A DNA stretch of 64,000 bases from Vampirovibrionales bacterium. GTDB taxonomy: Bacteria; Cyanobacteriota; Vampirovibrionia; Vampirovibrionales; Vampirovibrionaceae. The position numbers and the translations under genes were made by a program. Numbering within the stretch: the stretch's first letter is position 1; every line of letters starts with the position of its first letter. The stretch is taken from NCBI GenBank assembly GCA_029262635.1, contig JAJCZA010000028.1, positions 24,437-88,436 on the forward strand, read 5' to 3'. Positions 49,599-60,486 of the stretch are shown piece by piece. Under the pieces are notes generated by a model. It had not been told where the DNA came from. It saw only the letters and a program-made list of their open reading frames with translations, and did not search any database.

Positions 49599-50363
49599 AT
49601 GCCAGAAATACAGACAAGTAATCTCGTGAATCAATCCACTAAAGCTTCAAAGCCTATTTATCAACGTATTTTGCTGAAAATCAGTGGAGAAGCGTTGATG
49701 GGGAACCAAGGGTTTGGTATTAATCCTGATGTGATTAGTACAGTTGCCCAAGAAATTGCTGGAACGGTGGCTAAAGGTGTTCAAGTTGCTATTGTCGTGG
49801 GTGGCGGTAACATTTTTCGAGGCTTGCAAAACAGCACTAATTTAGGAATGGAGCGAACCGCCGCTGATTACGTTGGTATGATAGCAACCATTATGAATGC
49901 GCTTGTACTTCAGGGTGTCCTTAAATCGGCAGGCATTGATACCCGAATGATGAGTGCCATTGATATTAACCGGGTGGCAGAACCTTACATTCGACTGCGA
50001 GCAATCCGACATTTAGAAAAAAATCGAGTCGTTATTTTTGGTGGAGGAACGGGAAACCCTTTCTTTACAACAGATACAACTGCCGCATTACGTGCCGCAG
50101 AGATAAAAGCTGATGCCATCTTGATGGCTAAAAATGGCGTTGACGGGGTCTATGATAAAGATCCTAAACAATTTCCCGAAGCGAAAGTATTTGAAACACT
50201 CACCTACGATGATCTCTTAATTAAGGATCTTCGAGTGATGGACCAAACCGCCGTCTCACTGTGCAAGGAAACCAAACTTCCTATTCGAGTATTTGACTTT
50301 AACGAACCCAAGGCGTTACAACGTATTTTGGAAGGTCAACCCATTGGTACAACTATTTCCTAA
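49599..50363 (+). CDS. pyrH: UMP kinase
   Basis: [23 protein letters not shown] and [11 protein letters not shown] motifs. Confidence 0.95.
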   Translation: MPEIQTSNLVNQSTKASKPIYQRILLKISGEALMGNQGFGINPDVISTVAQEIAGTVAKGVQVAIVVGGGNIFRGLQNSTNLGMERTAADYVGMIATIMNALVLQGVLKSAGIDTRMMSAIDINRVAEPYIRLRAIRHLEKNRVVIFGGGTGNPFFTTDTTAALRAAEIKADAILMAKNGVDGVYDKDPKQFPEAKVFETLTYDDLLIKDLRVMDQTAVSLCKETKLPIRVFDFNEPKALQRILEGQPIGTTIS

Positions 50364-50401
50364 TAAAATTATATATAATAATATTTCTATAAAAACTGTG
50401 T

Positions 50402-50478
50402 CGGGATGTAGCGCAGCTTGGTAGCGCACCACGTTCGGGACGTGGGGGTCGCAGGTTCAAATCCTGTCATCCCGACCA
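50402..50478 (+). tRNA. tRNA-Pro (anticodon CGG), CCA encoded
   Basis: Hand-folded cloverleaf. Acceptor CGGGATG/CATCCCG, D stem GCGC/GCGC, anticodon stem CCACG/CGTGG with loop TTCGGGA, T stem GCAGG/CCTGT with loop TTCAAAT, discriminator A plus CCA. 77 nt. Confidence 0.85.
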
Positions 50479-51918
50479 CTCTTGACTCTGTTGACATTCT
50501 GCAATCTCTGAAAAGGGTTCGCGGTACGTCACGCTTAACTTTCGGTCTTTCAGTATTGAGTTCGAAAGTACAGCAGTTAGAATGCGGCGTTGTTCGAGGG
50601 GGGATTGCTCAAGATAAAGTGAGTGGGCATTTTTCGAGAGTTCTAAAATCCGAACACCGTTCTCAGTGTAATTTAGATTCCCTTTACTGTGCTGCCTGAG
50701 GCTTTCCTCAATCCGCGTTAGCTCCAGCTTATACTCATTATGCTTGCGTTGCCATAAGTCGTCTGTAATCTTTCCGTCGAGCTTATCCTCATAAATAGTA
50801 TCAACGCGCTTTGTAAGGGTCGCCTGCCGTCTCTGGAGGGACTCTGTTCGTTGTTTGTGAAACATGATTTCGTCTTGATGGTGCCCCCTTAACTGCTCAG
50901 TAACCCAATCCAGTTGTTTCTTACTGATTCGGAGCGGGAGAAGGGTTTCAGCAAAGAGTTTAGAGATTTTTTCCTCACGCACATAGAGATTAGGGCATTT
51001 TCCTCGGCCATTAGTACAACGATAATAGATGTACTTACCTTTCTTGAGTTCCGTTGTAATAGAGCATCCACAGTGACCGCAGGTCATCAATCCCGCAAAG
51101 GCAAACTTATGCTTGGTGTATTTAGGCTTGTTCGCCCGTTTGAACGCTTGTTGGGCCTTCTCGAATAAAGGAATAGAAACAATCGGCTCATGTTTGCCTT
51201 CATGAAATTTTCCACAGAACATAAAGTCCCCAGTGTAAATCAGCCGTTTAAGCATCGCTTCCAAGCTGCCTTTAGATATTTTAGGGCGATTCGCTTTAAA
51301 AATATAACCATCTTCAGCGAGCTTTAAGCACACTTGGCGTAAAGAATATTTTCCCGTCGCATAAAGTTCAAAAGCTTGTCGAACAAAAGGAGCTTCATCC
51401 TCATTGATATCAATCAGTCGAGTCTCTGGGTTATTCCGATACCCATAGGGGGCACATGTTGGATAATGCCCTTGCTGAGCCTTTTCGTGCATTCCCTTTT
51501 TAACTTCTTCCGAAAGGTTATCTGTATAATTCTTTGCCATCAAAACTCGAATACCATGAATAAACTTGGTTTGGCTTCTTGATTCTGGACCCAGTATTTC
51601 ACCTTCTTTAACCAAGTGAACTTCAAGACCTTGGGTATGAATTAAGTCATCAACGGCCACATAATCCTTGAAGTTGCGTGTCATGCGGTCTGTCTTTTCT
51701 ACCAGTAGAACGCTGGCTTTACCCGCTTGAATGTCCTCTAGCGTCAACTGAAAGCTGGTTCGACCAATCCGTTTGGCGGTTTCCACATCGGTGTATTCTT
51801 TAATAACTTCAAAGCCGTGTTTACCGGCGTATTCTTTGAGTAATCGAACCTGTGCAGAAAGGGAATACCCTTCCTCTTGTTCCCGACTGGAAACCCTCGC
51901 ATATATTATCGCTTTCAT
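50467..51918 (-). CDS. large serine recombinase (integrase)
   Basis: N-terminal resolvase catalytic domain MKAIIYARVSSREQ, recombinase domain, Cys-rich zinc ribbon (CGHCG...YYRC) and a coiled-coil C-terminus. The last 4 codons including the stop overlap the tRNA-Pro 3' end. Confidence 0.85.
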   Translation of the reverse strand: MKAIIYARVSSREQEEGYSLSAQVRLLKEYAGKHGFEVIKEYTDVETAKRIGRTSFQLTLEDIQAGKASVLLVEKTDRMTRNFKDYVAVDDLIHTQGLEVHLVKEGEILGPESRSQTKFIHGIRVLMAKNYTDNLSEEVKKGMHEKAQQGHYPTCAPYGYRNNPETRLIDINEDEAPFVRQAFELYATGKYSLRQVCLKLAEDGYIFKANRPKISKGSLEAMLKRLIYTGDFMFCGKFHEGKHEPIVSIPLFEKAQQAFKRANKPKYTKHKFAFAGLMTCGHCGCSITTELKKGKYIYYRCTNGRGKCPNLYVREEKISKLFAETLLPLRISKKQLDWVTEQLRGHHQDEIMFHKQRTESLQRRQATLTKRVDTIYEDKLDGKITDDLWQRKHNEYKLELTRIEESLRQHSKGNLNYTENGVRILELSKNAHSLYLEQSPLEQRRILTAVLSNSILKDRKLSVTYREPFSEIAECQQSQEWSG

Positions 51919-52116
51919 CTTTTAAATCACCTTTCAAATAGCACTTACAATTATTAAAACACACGAATAGCTTTGAGAGAATATGCTGAGGGCGCAGGGC
52001 CTTGCAGAGGGTCTCGGACATATCGTTTTCGCCCTTGATCTATATTTTTTTAAGGCGTATAACGTTTATACCAATACTCTGGAAAGCCCTGCGACCCTCT
52101 GTAGGGTCTGTGGTCC

Positions 52117-52554
52117 TTATCCTTTACGGCTTTTGTGTTTTTCCAGATGATAGAGCTTGCTTCCACCACGATTCTTACCCTTGCTGCGAAGGAAGTATCC
52201 ACCTATATTTCTATCAACCATAGATGAGAGTTTCTGACCCATTGATGTCTTCTGGCCATGCTCCTGTGTATGGTAGCTCTGTAACAACTCTGATAAAAGC
52301 TCCTTTTCTTGGGCTAGCTCAAACAAAGAAGTCACTGAAACAGGCTTATTTTTATACCTTTTTCGCCACTGTCGGACGAAGGTTCGCCACGTTTCAAGAT
52401 CCTCATCAGCTTTGCTGTAAAAATCTTGAGTATTACTAAGGAAACCAGATACACCTGAAAAAGTAAGAATACCGCCAATAACGGAAGCCCAAGATTCAAA
52501 ATTACCAAGCGTTTTTATACCTGGATCTGACGTGCCCCCAATAATGGGTGCCAT
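52117..52554 (-). pseudogene. probable C-terminal remnant of a phage/plasmid primase-helicase-like gene
   Basis: The 145-aa ORF has no plausible N-terminal domain. The FESWASVIGGIL...W..F...W pattern recalls the C-terminal part of P4/VirE-type primase-helicases. Weak, from memory only. Confidence 0.3.
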
Positions 52555-52602
52555 TTAAAAGTAGAGGATTTCCAATTAACATAGACGAAAAGGAGTCCTC
52601 AC

Positions 52603-52668
52603 ATGAAAAAGAGTCGATTTACAGAAGATGCTACAGCCGTTTGTGAGCCATGCGAACATTACGGATGA
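52603..52668 (+). mobile_element. possible relic of an IS3-family orfA start
   Basis: Own translation MKKSRFTEDATAVCEPCEHYG*. MKKSRFTE(E/D) is the usual start of many IS3/IS407-group OrfA proteins. Only about 9 residues are comparable. Confidence 0.25.
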
Positions 52669-52793
52669 AGTATGCCTCTGATACCAGATTATTCGATTAA
52701 TACGTAAGCACAAGAACAAAGAAAAAAGACATTGCTAATTCTTTGAGGGTTTTAATGCGAAAAATAGCTTAAAACCTACAATAACCATTTATT

Positions 52794-54353
52794 TTATTTA
52801 AGGGTGATTACTTTAGCGCAACCGGATCGGCGGGGGTCAGAAAACGCTTCGACCTTTCCCTTATGGAGAGCCACCGCCTGAACACCACCAAAATACATGT
52901 CCATTTCGCTAAACTCAACCACTTCCCACGTTTCCGGAAAGAGGGAGCGCTCGACCTGAATCCCTTTTTCAAACAGAATTTTTTCATCTTCCCAGTGAAT
53001 TCGGGGAGTCGCAAGGGCTTGCTCAAGAGGCATCTTTAAGTGAATGATGTTAAACAGTACTTGAGCCAACGCCGTGGAAATTCGGGATGCCCCTGGTGAC
53101 CCCATGGCCAGCAATTCATCAGCAGATTGAGCGATGGTGGGGGACATATTACTTACTAGACGCTCGCCCGGCTCCAACGCATGAAATCCCAACGGGTTGA
53201 GTTCCAGTTCGCCCAACGAATTATCCATAAAGATCCCTGTTCCAGGAATAGCGACTCCAGAGCCATAACCCATGCTCATAGTGAGACTACAAATATTTCC
53301 CAAGTTATCCACCGTACTGAGTTGGGTCGTATTCGGACTCGGAAGAATATGTCGGTACTTTTCCAAAATATAATCATCCAACGTAATGCCATAGAGTTTT
53401 TCTAAATCCGCCTTTTTACCCTCAAAGGCTGAAAAGCGATCCGACAATGCGCCGTGCAAAATGATCCCGATTTTTGAATAGAGTTCCGGTGTCAGGGTGG
53501 TGATGTCCAGGTGTGCCATGGCTCTTAAAATATGAATGATGCTGCACCCGCCTACAGACGGTGGTGGGTTGGAATAGACAAGAAAACGATCCATTTCCGC
53601 CTGAAGGGGTTGACGCAGAATAATGTCATACTCAGCCAAATCGCTGGCCGTCACAATACCCCCGTCCGCTTGAACTGTTTCTACCATTCGTTGAGCAATT
53701 TCACCCAGATAAAGGGTATCGATACCCTGATCGCCCATGTATTCCAGTGTGTCGGCTAAGTCTGGGTTTTTTAACACATCGCCTGCCTTGGGAACATTTC
53801 CACCTGGGGTCGACAACAGACTTTTGGAATAATCAGTATACCAGTGTAGTTTTTCCGCAGATATTCGAATCCACTTGGCCGCCGTCTTGTTTAGAGGAAG
53901 ACCTTTTCGAGCATCTTCAATGGTGGGCTGAAGGACCTCTTTTAAAGGCAATGCGCCGTAATGTCTGGATAAATAATCAAGCCCTTTGGCAGTTCCGGGA
54001 ACTCCAATAGATGAGTGGCCAGAAATAACATCAATTCCGGGCCCATAAGGCAAGCTAATGGTTCGTGCGTTTCCTCCAAGCCTGCTTTTAGGCAAGCCTT
54101 TTCCGGGCATTGCGTTAAAAAAGTCAAGAACAACAGGCATTTCTCCCCGAGTTTTAATGGTAGCGAACCCACCTCCGGAGAGACTACACATCAGCGGATT
54201 AGAGATCATCAGATGAAACCCGGTGGCCACAGCCGCATCAAAGGCATTACCTCCCATGGCTACAATCCGCTCACCCGCTTCCGTAGCTCGCTGAGTACAA
54301 CTGCCAATGGCAACCTGTTTTAATGCTTCACCAGCATGGCTTTTTCCAGCCAT
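52794..54353 (-). CDS. ggt: gamma-glutamyltranspeptidase family protein (no signal peptide)
   Basis: N-terminal G.NA.DAAVA block, nucleophile region ...NMSPTIA..., and MGSPGASRI near the C-terminal third. Confidence 0.8.
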   Translation of the reverse strand: MAGKSHAGEALKQVAIGSCTQRATEAGERIVAMGGNAFDAAVATGFHLMISNPLMCSLSGGGFATIKTRGEMPVVLDFFNAMPGKGLPKSRLGGNARTISLPYGPGIDVISGHSSIGVPGTAKGLDYLSRHYGALPLKEVLQPTIEDARKGLPLNKTAAKWIRISAEKLHWYTDYSKSLLSTPGGNVPKAGDVLKNPDLADTLEYMGDQGIDTLYLGEIAQRMVETVQADGGIVTASDLAEYDIILRQPLQAEMDRFLVYSNPPPSVGGCSIIHILRAMAHLDITTLTPELYSKIGIILHGALSDRFSAFEGKKADLEKLYGITLDDYILEKYRHILPSPNTTQLSTVDNLGNICSLTMSMGYGSGVAIPGTGIFMDNSLGELELNPLGFHALEPGERLVSNMSPTIAQSADELLAMGSPGASRISTALAQVLFNIIHLKMPLEQALATPRIHWEDEKILFEKGIQVERSLFPETWEVVEFSEMDMYFGGVQAVALHKGKVEAFSDPRRSGCAKVITLK

Positions 54354-54437
54354 AGAACACCTTAACTTGTATTACACTATGAACGCCCTCTTCTACTATT
54401 AGTAAAGAGGTGGGTTCGCTATTTTGAACAGGAAGCC

Positions 54438-54923
54438 CTAGTGGTGGTGGCCATCAGGCCCATGAGGATGGTGGTGAGCCAACTCTTCTTCTGATGCATC
54501 TCGTATTTCAACAATTTCCACATCAAAACAGAGGGTTTTTCCAGCAAGAGGAGGATTTGCATCGAGAACCACTTCTTTGTCTTTCAGCTCAACCACTTGA
54601 GCCAACACCACCTGTTCGTCCTGAGCATGAATTTGAACCATAGCACCGACGGGAGGAACTTTCTCTCCAAATTTTTCTACCTCAGCGCTAAATTTCAATT
54701 CAGGGTTGTACTCGCCGTAACCTTCTTCGGGTGTGACTGTAACGCTTTTTTTATCGCTAACTGCAAGCCCGGCCAACGCTTTTTCTAGTCCTGGAATAAT
54801 GTTTTGATGCCCATGCAGATACTGAAGCGGTTCATTCCCTGAACGTTCAAGCTCGCCACCCATCTCATCTTTAAGGGTATAGTTAAATGAAACCACTTTA
54901 TCGTCTGTAATCATATCCATCAT
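54438..54923 (-). CDS. slyD: FKBP-type peptidyl-prolyl isomerase SlyD with His-rich tail
   Basis: V.F.Y.L.DE.G...E......PL.YLHG...IIPGLE.AL.G pattern, IF-domain insert, and C-terminal HHHPHGPDGHHH. Confidence 0.85.
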   Translation of the reverse strand: MMDMITDDKVVSFNYTLKDEMGGELERSGNEPLQYLHGHQNIIPGLEKALAGLAVSDKKSVTVTPEEGYGEYNPELKFSAEVEKFGEKVPPVGAMVQIHAQDEQVVLAQVVELKDKEVVLDANPPLAGKTLCFDVEIVEIRDASEEELAHHHPHGPDGHHH

Positions 54924-54988
54924 TCTCCATTATAATAATGGGCTAAGGCTATCACGACCCTGCTCAAATCACAAAAATTTAAAAATAA

Positions 54989-56062
<1,074 letters not shown>

Positions 56063-56081
56063 GCTATTGAGTAAAAAGAAA

Positions 56082-56108
56082 AGACAAGTTTTTTAAAAAA
56101 ACTTGTCT
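56082..56108. terminator. bidirectional terminator between add and the GNA-repeat gene
   Basis: Perfect palindrome agacaagtttttt/aaaaaacttgtct. U-tracts are available in both orientations. Confidence 0.6.
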
Positions 56109-56202
56109 AATAAATGATGGTTTTTAGAAAGAGGCTTTTATCCTACTCGGTCTGACTTTCATCAGCTTTTAGGAAATACCTTTTAAAAACTATTGGGGCT
56201 TA

Positions 56203-57483
56203 TTAATAGGCGCCACCGGCTGCCTTGGCTGCTCCAGCATTGCCTGCGTTACCAGCGTTACCCGCATTGCCTGCGTTTCCAGCATTACCTGCGTTACCCG
56301 CATTGCCTGCGTTACCAGCATTGCCTGCGTTACCCGCATTGCCTGCGTTACCCGCATTACCTGCGTTTCCAGCATTACCTGCGTTACCCGCATTACCTGC
56401 GTTTCCAGCATTGCCTGCGTTTCCAGCATTGCCTGCGTTTCCAGCATTACCTGCGTTTCCAGCATTACCTGCGTTTCCAGCATTGCCTGCGTTTCCAGCA
56501 TTACCTGCGTTTCCAGCATTGCCTGCGTTTCCAGCATTACCTGCAACTCCTAAAGCGCCTGTAAGTGGGTTTGCAGGAGGGGTTGCTCCTCCTTGCATAT
56601 ACTCCATCAGCATTTGCATAATCATTTGAATCATGCCCTGCAGGCCGCCTCCGCCTCCTAAGGCTGCGGCATTTTGCTGAGCGAGTGCGGCAGCTCCCGC
56701 TCCAGCATTACCTGCGTTTCCAGCATTACCTGCGTTTCCAGCATTGCCTGCGTTTCCAGCATTGCCTGCGTTTCCGGCATTACCTGCGTTTCCAGCATTA
56801 CCTGCGTTTCCGGCATTACCTGCGTTTCCGGCATTACCTGCATCGTTTCCGCCACCATTGAGGTTAGACCCAAGGTCTCCTTGCCCAATGACCGCAATCG
56901 CTTGATCATACGCACCTGCATTTTCAACGGAATTGTTGCCATTGATATCCTGACCATTCGGGCCGTAAACATCTGATAGGCTTAATGTGCCTCGTCTTAA
57001 AGCCGACGTTACAGCACCGAGCGTTTCAACGTCGGTGTCACCAACGCCGCCCTGATTCGCTAAATCGCCGTTTCCAGTGGCTTCAAGAACTTGCTTCAAA
57101 TCGCCGTTATTATAGTTTTCGCCAGCATTCTTATAACGAGAAGCGACCAGTGCGAAGGTTGCGGCTGACTGTGCGTTGGGATCAGCGGAATTTAAGTCTG
57201 CGTAAACAGCATCTACATTTTGACTTAAAACGGCTCCGTTCTCAACTCGACCACCCGCATAGAATTCACCGGCATAGTTCTCAACGACTCGAGTTCGACC
57301 ACCGGCTTCGCCAACGCCACCCTGCGTAATTGTATCGTTATCGATGTTTCCATCTTGATCGACCGCATCAATATAAATTTGACTATCCTGGGCATTTGTC
57401 TGTCTCTGTTTTGCTGCTTGAGCTGGAGCACCAGCAGCTTGCGCAGGGTTATTTCTTACTGAATTGACTCCATAAACTGCCAT
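56203..57483 (-). CDS. cysteine-free protein with two (Gly-Asn-Ala)n collagen-like arrays
   Basis: 426-aa ORF with no signal peptide. The N-terminal ~215 aa carry D.DGNID/NGD.. Ca-loop-like motifs. About 16 GNA triplets follow, then a Met/Gln-rich linker ([17 protein letters not shown]), then about 36 GNA triplets. Confidence 0.7.
   Translation of the reverse strand: MAVYGVNSVRNNPAQAAGAPAQAAKQRQTNAQDSQIYIDAVDQDGNIDNDTITQGGVGEAGGRTRVVENYAGEFYAGGRVENGAVLSQNVDAVYADLNSADPNAQSAATFALVASRYKNAGENYNNGDLKQVLEATGNGDLANQGGVGDTDVETLGAVTSALRRGTLSLSDVYGPNGQDINGNNSVENAGAYDQAIAVIGQGDLGSNLNGGGNDAGNAGNAGNAGNAGNAGNAGNAGNAGNAGNAGNAGNAGNAGNAGNAGAGAAALAQQNAAALGGGGGLQGMIQMIMQMLMEYMQGGATPPANPLTGALGVAGNAGNAGNAGNAGNAGNAGNAGNAGNAGNAGNAGNAGNAGNAGNAGNAGNAGNAGNAGNAGNAGNAGNAGNAGNAGNAGNAGNAGNAGNAGNAGNAGNAGNAGAAKAAGGAY
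56231..56546. repeat. tandem 9/18-bp coding repeat (about 36 GNA codon triplets)
   Basis: The unit agcatt(g/a)cctgcgtt(t/a)cc repeats head to tail, and only synonymous third positions vary. Boundaries are good to within a few nt. Confidence 0.85.
56698..56843. repeat. tandem 9/18-bp coding repeat (about 16 GNA codon triplets)
   Basis: Same unit as the 56231..56546 array. Confidence 0.85.
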
Positions 57484-57901
57484 ATTTTAATTTCTCCTCA
57501 AACTCTTACTCTTACTCTTATCTCTTTAAAGCTACTCTTACTCGCTATGGTTAATGTTCAACAGATTGGCAATGCCTCTTTAAATGACATCTTGCCAAAG
57601 GGTTTTACGTTGAAACCGTTTTAAATATCTACACTTCTCTACTTCTCTTACTCTTCTCTCAAATCACTAGGGCTCAAAATAATGAACCCTGTTTCATTCA
57701 TTACAGCTTTTCAAATAATTCAAACCTCATAAAAATATAAAAACATTCTTAAGGAAGAAATTGCGCCTTAATGCCAATAAAAATTAAGATTTTGTTATGA
57801 AATACCTTTACACAGTGCTCTTTGAGTCCATTTAATATTAATTACAAATGAGCAGGATTAGCACACTAAAAGATATATAAGTTATATCAAAATAAACCTA
57901 T

Positions 57902-58558
57902 TTACACGTCATTCTGAATGAGAGAACCTTCTTTGGACTCCTCTTCAAACCAGTCTTTTCCCAAGGATAAAAAATGGGTCATTAAATCCGTTTTTTCTTG
58001 CTCAGGAAGCCCGTATGAGCACTCTTCTGAAAGCCTTCGTTGGCGAAGGACCTCATAGAGAAAGATACCAGCGGTTACGGAAAGATTCAGGCTCTGAACC
58101 ATTCCGGCCATGGGTAACATTATTTTACGGTCCGCCATGGAAATCGCTTTTTGAGAAAGCCCTCGATGTTCGTTCCCCAGTAAAAGGGCTATTTTGGGGC
58201 AGGGTAATTGAGCTGTCAGAAGGGATTCTGAATCCTCTTCAAGAACCGTCGCAATTATTTCATACCCTTCGGATTTTAACTGCTTTAGACAAGCTTCAGT
58301 GGAGTTATAGATTTCAAAATTCAGCCATTTATTGGCAGAAGACGAGGTAGAGCGCCCCAGCTTTTTGGGGTTAAAGGGTTTTTCATTTTCAAAAATAAGG
58401 CATACTCGCTGAAAACCGAAGGCGTCACAATTACGGAAAATCGCGGCGGCATTATGTGGATCATGGACGTTTTCTATAACCACAACACCTTGTTGACGCG
58501 ATTCCACAACGTTTCTTATTTTAGTGCGACGTGGCTTTTCTTGTATCTTATCGGACAT
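57902..58558 (-). CDS. SpoU/TrmH-family RNA 2'-O-methyltransferase
   Basis: ENVHDPHNAAAIFRNCDAFG, LLGNEHRGLS and MVQSLNLSVTAGIFLYE motifs. Confidence 0.8.
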   Translation of the reverse strand: MSDKIQEKPRRTKIRNVVESRQQGVVVIENVHDPHNAAAIFRNCDAFGFQRVCLIFENEKPFNPKKLGRSTSSSANKWLNFEIYNSTEACLKQLKSEGYEIIATVLEEDSESLLTAQLPCPKIALLLGNEHRGLSQKAISMADRKIMLPMAGMVQSLNLSVTAGIFLYEVLRQRRLSEECSYGLPEQEKTDLMTHFLSLGKDWFEEESKEGSLIQNDV

Positions 58559-58588
58559 GAAAATCGATTTGCATCCTCCCTTAATAAA

Positions 58589-59620
58589 CTATTCCATTTC
58601 CACCTGATAGCCTTCAGCCGTCAATGCGACTTTAAAGGCTTCTGGTGTCAATAGTTGGGATAAATTTTCACAGCTCTGACTATCCTGAGCCTCAAAACTT
58701 TTTTTTATGGCAAGCACCGACGGTAAAGCTGGGATGTTGAGCCCGTTTTCCTCGGCATAGATGCTAATTTGATGAATGACCTGCCCCTCTTTATCCAAGG
58801 CCTCAATAATTAAGGAGCCTTGGGTCGTGCCCAATTGATTAATCAGCGGGGAAAAGAACTGGGCCATACGACAAATTAGTTTGACCCATGGTAAGGGAAA
58901 TACAGGTAGAACATAGGAAGACAGTTTCAACAAATAGCTGTACAAGCGTCGATCAAAACTGATCCAGAATTCGGCAGGAATTGAGCCCCCTCGCCATGAC
59001 ATTCCCGATGCGTCATAAGGTGAAGCATGATTTCCATACAGCCGTTTTTGTCCAAACCTTAAGATCTTTGTCGTCAGGTACTCAAAGTTATTCCGTTTTA
59101 TGTCGCAAAACGGCAGTAGCAAACTATAAATTAGGGTGGCACTTGTCGGATTCTTCGAACCCATGGATAAAAACGATCTCAACCGAACAACACTCTCATC
59201 CTCTTGCCACGAAGCAGACATGGTATCAATCATTCCTGGAATTGTTGAACAACCTGAAATAACCGTTACGGTTTTTGAGGCGTCTTTTTTTTCTTTATAA
59301 ACCTGTTCATAAACTGATTGGATAAATTCAGGTACTTCCGCCAAATCGACATAATGACACTCCGCCGCAAAGCAACCTTTAATTAACACGGTTGGACTAT
59401 AATCATACGGACCCACCACATTAATCACCCCATCCACGCCGACTAAGGCTTCTGTGACCGAGGTTTCATCCAAAATATCCACTTTTAGATCCGTTGGTTC
59501 CTGCCTTCCTCCTGAACGAGAGCCCGTTATAATTCGAACTTCCGGCATCCATTTTTTTGCCAGCGCCAGCACACGTTGGCCCATTAATCCACTGGCCCCG
59601 ATAATCAACAGGGTTTTCAT
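58589..59620 (-). CDS. NAD(P)-binding oxidoreductase, saccharopine-dehydrogenase-like
   Basis: Rossmann N-terminus MKTLLIIGASGLMGQRV. I prefer the ATG at 59620 because it forms an ATGA overlap with the upstream stop. Confidence 0.55.
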   Translation of the reverse strand: MKTLLIIGASGLMGQRVLALAKKWMPEVRIITGSRSGGRQEPTDLKVDILDETSVTEALVGVDGVINVVGPYDYSPTVLIKGCFAAECHYVDLAEVPEFIQSVYEQVYKEKKDASKTVTVISGCSTIPGMIDTMSASWQEDESVVRLRSFLSMGSKNPTSATLIYSLLLPFCDIKRNNFEYLTTKILRFGQKRLYGNHASPYDASGMSWRGGSIPAEFWISFDRRLYSYLLKLSSYVLPVFPLPWVKLICRMAQFFSPLINQLGTTQGSLIIEALDKEGQVIHQISIYAEENGLNIPALPSVLAIKKSFEAQDSQSCENLSQLLTPEAFKVALTAEGYQVEME

Positions 59621-60486
59621 GGTGAATGCTCGCCCGTCGTCATTTGTGACGACCTCTGTTGACACCGAGAGCGTGTATCTTTATAACGGCATCCCACAAA
59701 GGGGTGTGCCACCAAATAGCCCAGATGGTGTTCGTACACCCGATCTTCTGAAGAAGCATAGGGGTTGGCATCGGTTTGAGATTCTAACACTCCTTTAACC
59801 ACTCGAGCCCAAGGGGACTCTGGAATTGTGGCGTAAGTATTTCCCGCCGCAAAAAATAGAACACGCTGAGGAAATGTGTAGCCGGGTTCCGATAGCCGGG
59901 ATAAATAAGGATTATGGGTTGGCAAACTAACGGGCGGGTATGTTGGCTGATGGTCCCACAGTTTATCGGGTAGCAGATGAGACACATCGGACCATGTTGT
60001 GAAAGAAATCAGCGTTGCCATAAGAATCATGGGCAGTGCGGCACCATAAGCCCACCAACGACCGAACTTAAGAAGGTACCAAACAACCCAAGCTAAAAAC
60101 CCATTCAATAGAGCAATCAATAAAAAATACGGCGGATAAATCATGACCGGAAAATAGAGCGATTCAGATAAGTGAACCGAAACCCATTCAACGATGCTGG
60201 CACCATGACCCGAAAAAACCATAAAAGGGAAATAAGAAATCCGCCAGGCAATGAACAGGCCAACCCCATAGAAAAGCTTTAACCATCCATTATTCAGCCG
60301 CGGAAAGAGAAAGCAGGAAACAAGTAGGATGGCTGACCCCCCGATTAAATGAATCCCCCAGTACAAATGGGCCTGAGTTAAGGTTTGACAATGATCAATC
60401 CAGACACCCATCGCGATGCAGACGAGAAAAAAAAGGCTGAACAGCCCAATAGCCCAGCGGTTTTTTTGTAAGCTGGGCTCTAACAC
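59617..60486 (-). CDS. polytopic membrane protein of unknown function
   Basis: 289-aa ORF with about 6 TM helices plus a soluble tail. The GTG start overlaps the desaturase stop by 1 nt. Confidence 0.5.
   Translation of the reverse strand: MLEPSLQKNRWAIGLFSLFFLVCIAMGVWIDHCQTLTQAHLYWGIHLIGGSAILLVSCFLFPRLNNGWLKLFYGVGLFIAWRISYFPFMVFSGHGASIVEWVSVHLSESLYFPVMIYPPYFLLIALLNGFLAWVVWYLLKFGRWWAYGAALPMILMATLISFTTWSDVSHLLPDKLWDHQPTYPPVSLPTHNPYLSRLSEPGYTFPQRVLFFAAGNTYATIPESPWARVVKGVLESQTDANPYASSEDRVYEHHLGYLVAHPFVGCRYKDTRSRCQQRSSQMTTGEHSP

Larger units (their letters stand above)
50467..52700. mobile_element. decayed integrated element at tRNA-Pro (right boundary approximate)
   Basis: A serine integrase abuts and overlaps the tRNA 3' end, followed by a truncated replication-type gene and an IS relic. 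Flanked by housekeeping pyrH and a GGT-family gene. Confidence 0.45.

Noticed and set aside
50364-52793. frr is absent after pyrH, which could be evidence that the integrated element disrupted the conserved rpsB-tsf-pyrH-frr cluster.
   Set aside because: pyrH-frr linkage is common but not universal. There is no frr fragment in the window, so disruption cannot be inferred.
56190-56976. Long ORFs in several frames on both strands (56190..56546 -, 56193..56564 +, 56225..56629 +, 56658..56972 -, 56674..56976 +), and the regular repeat itself as a possible CRISPR-like array.
   Set aside because: They are frame shadows of a stop-free 9/18-bp tandem repeat. Only the 56203..57483 frame extends into non-repetitive sequence with a start codon and SD. 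The repeat has no unique spacers and its period is far too short for a CRISPR array.
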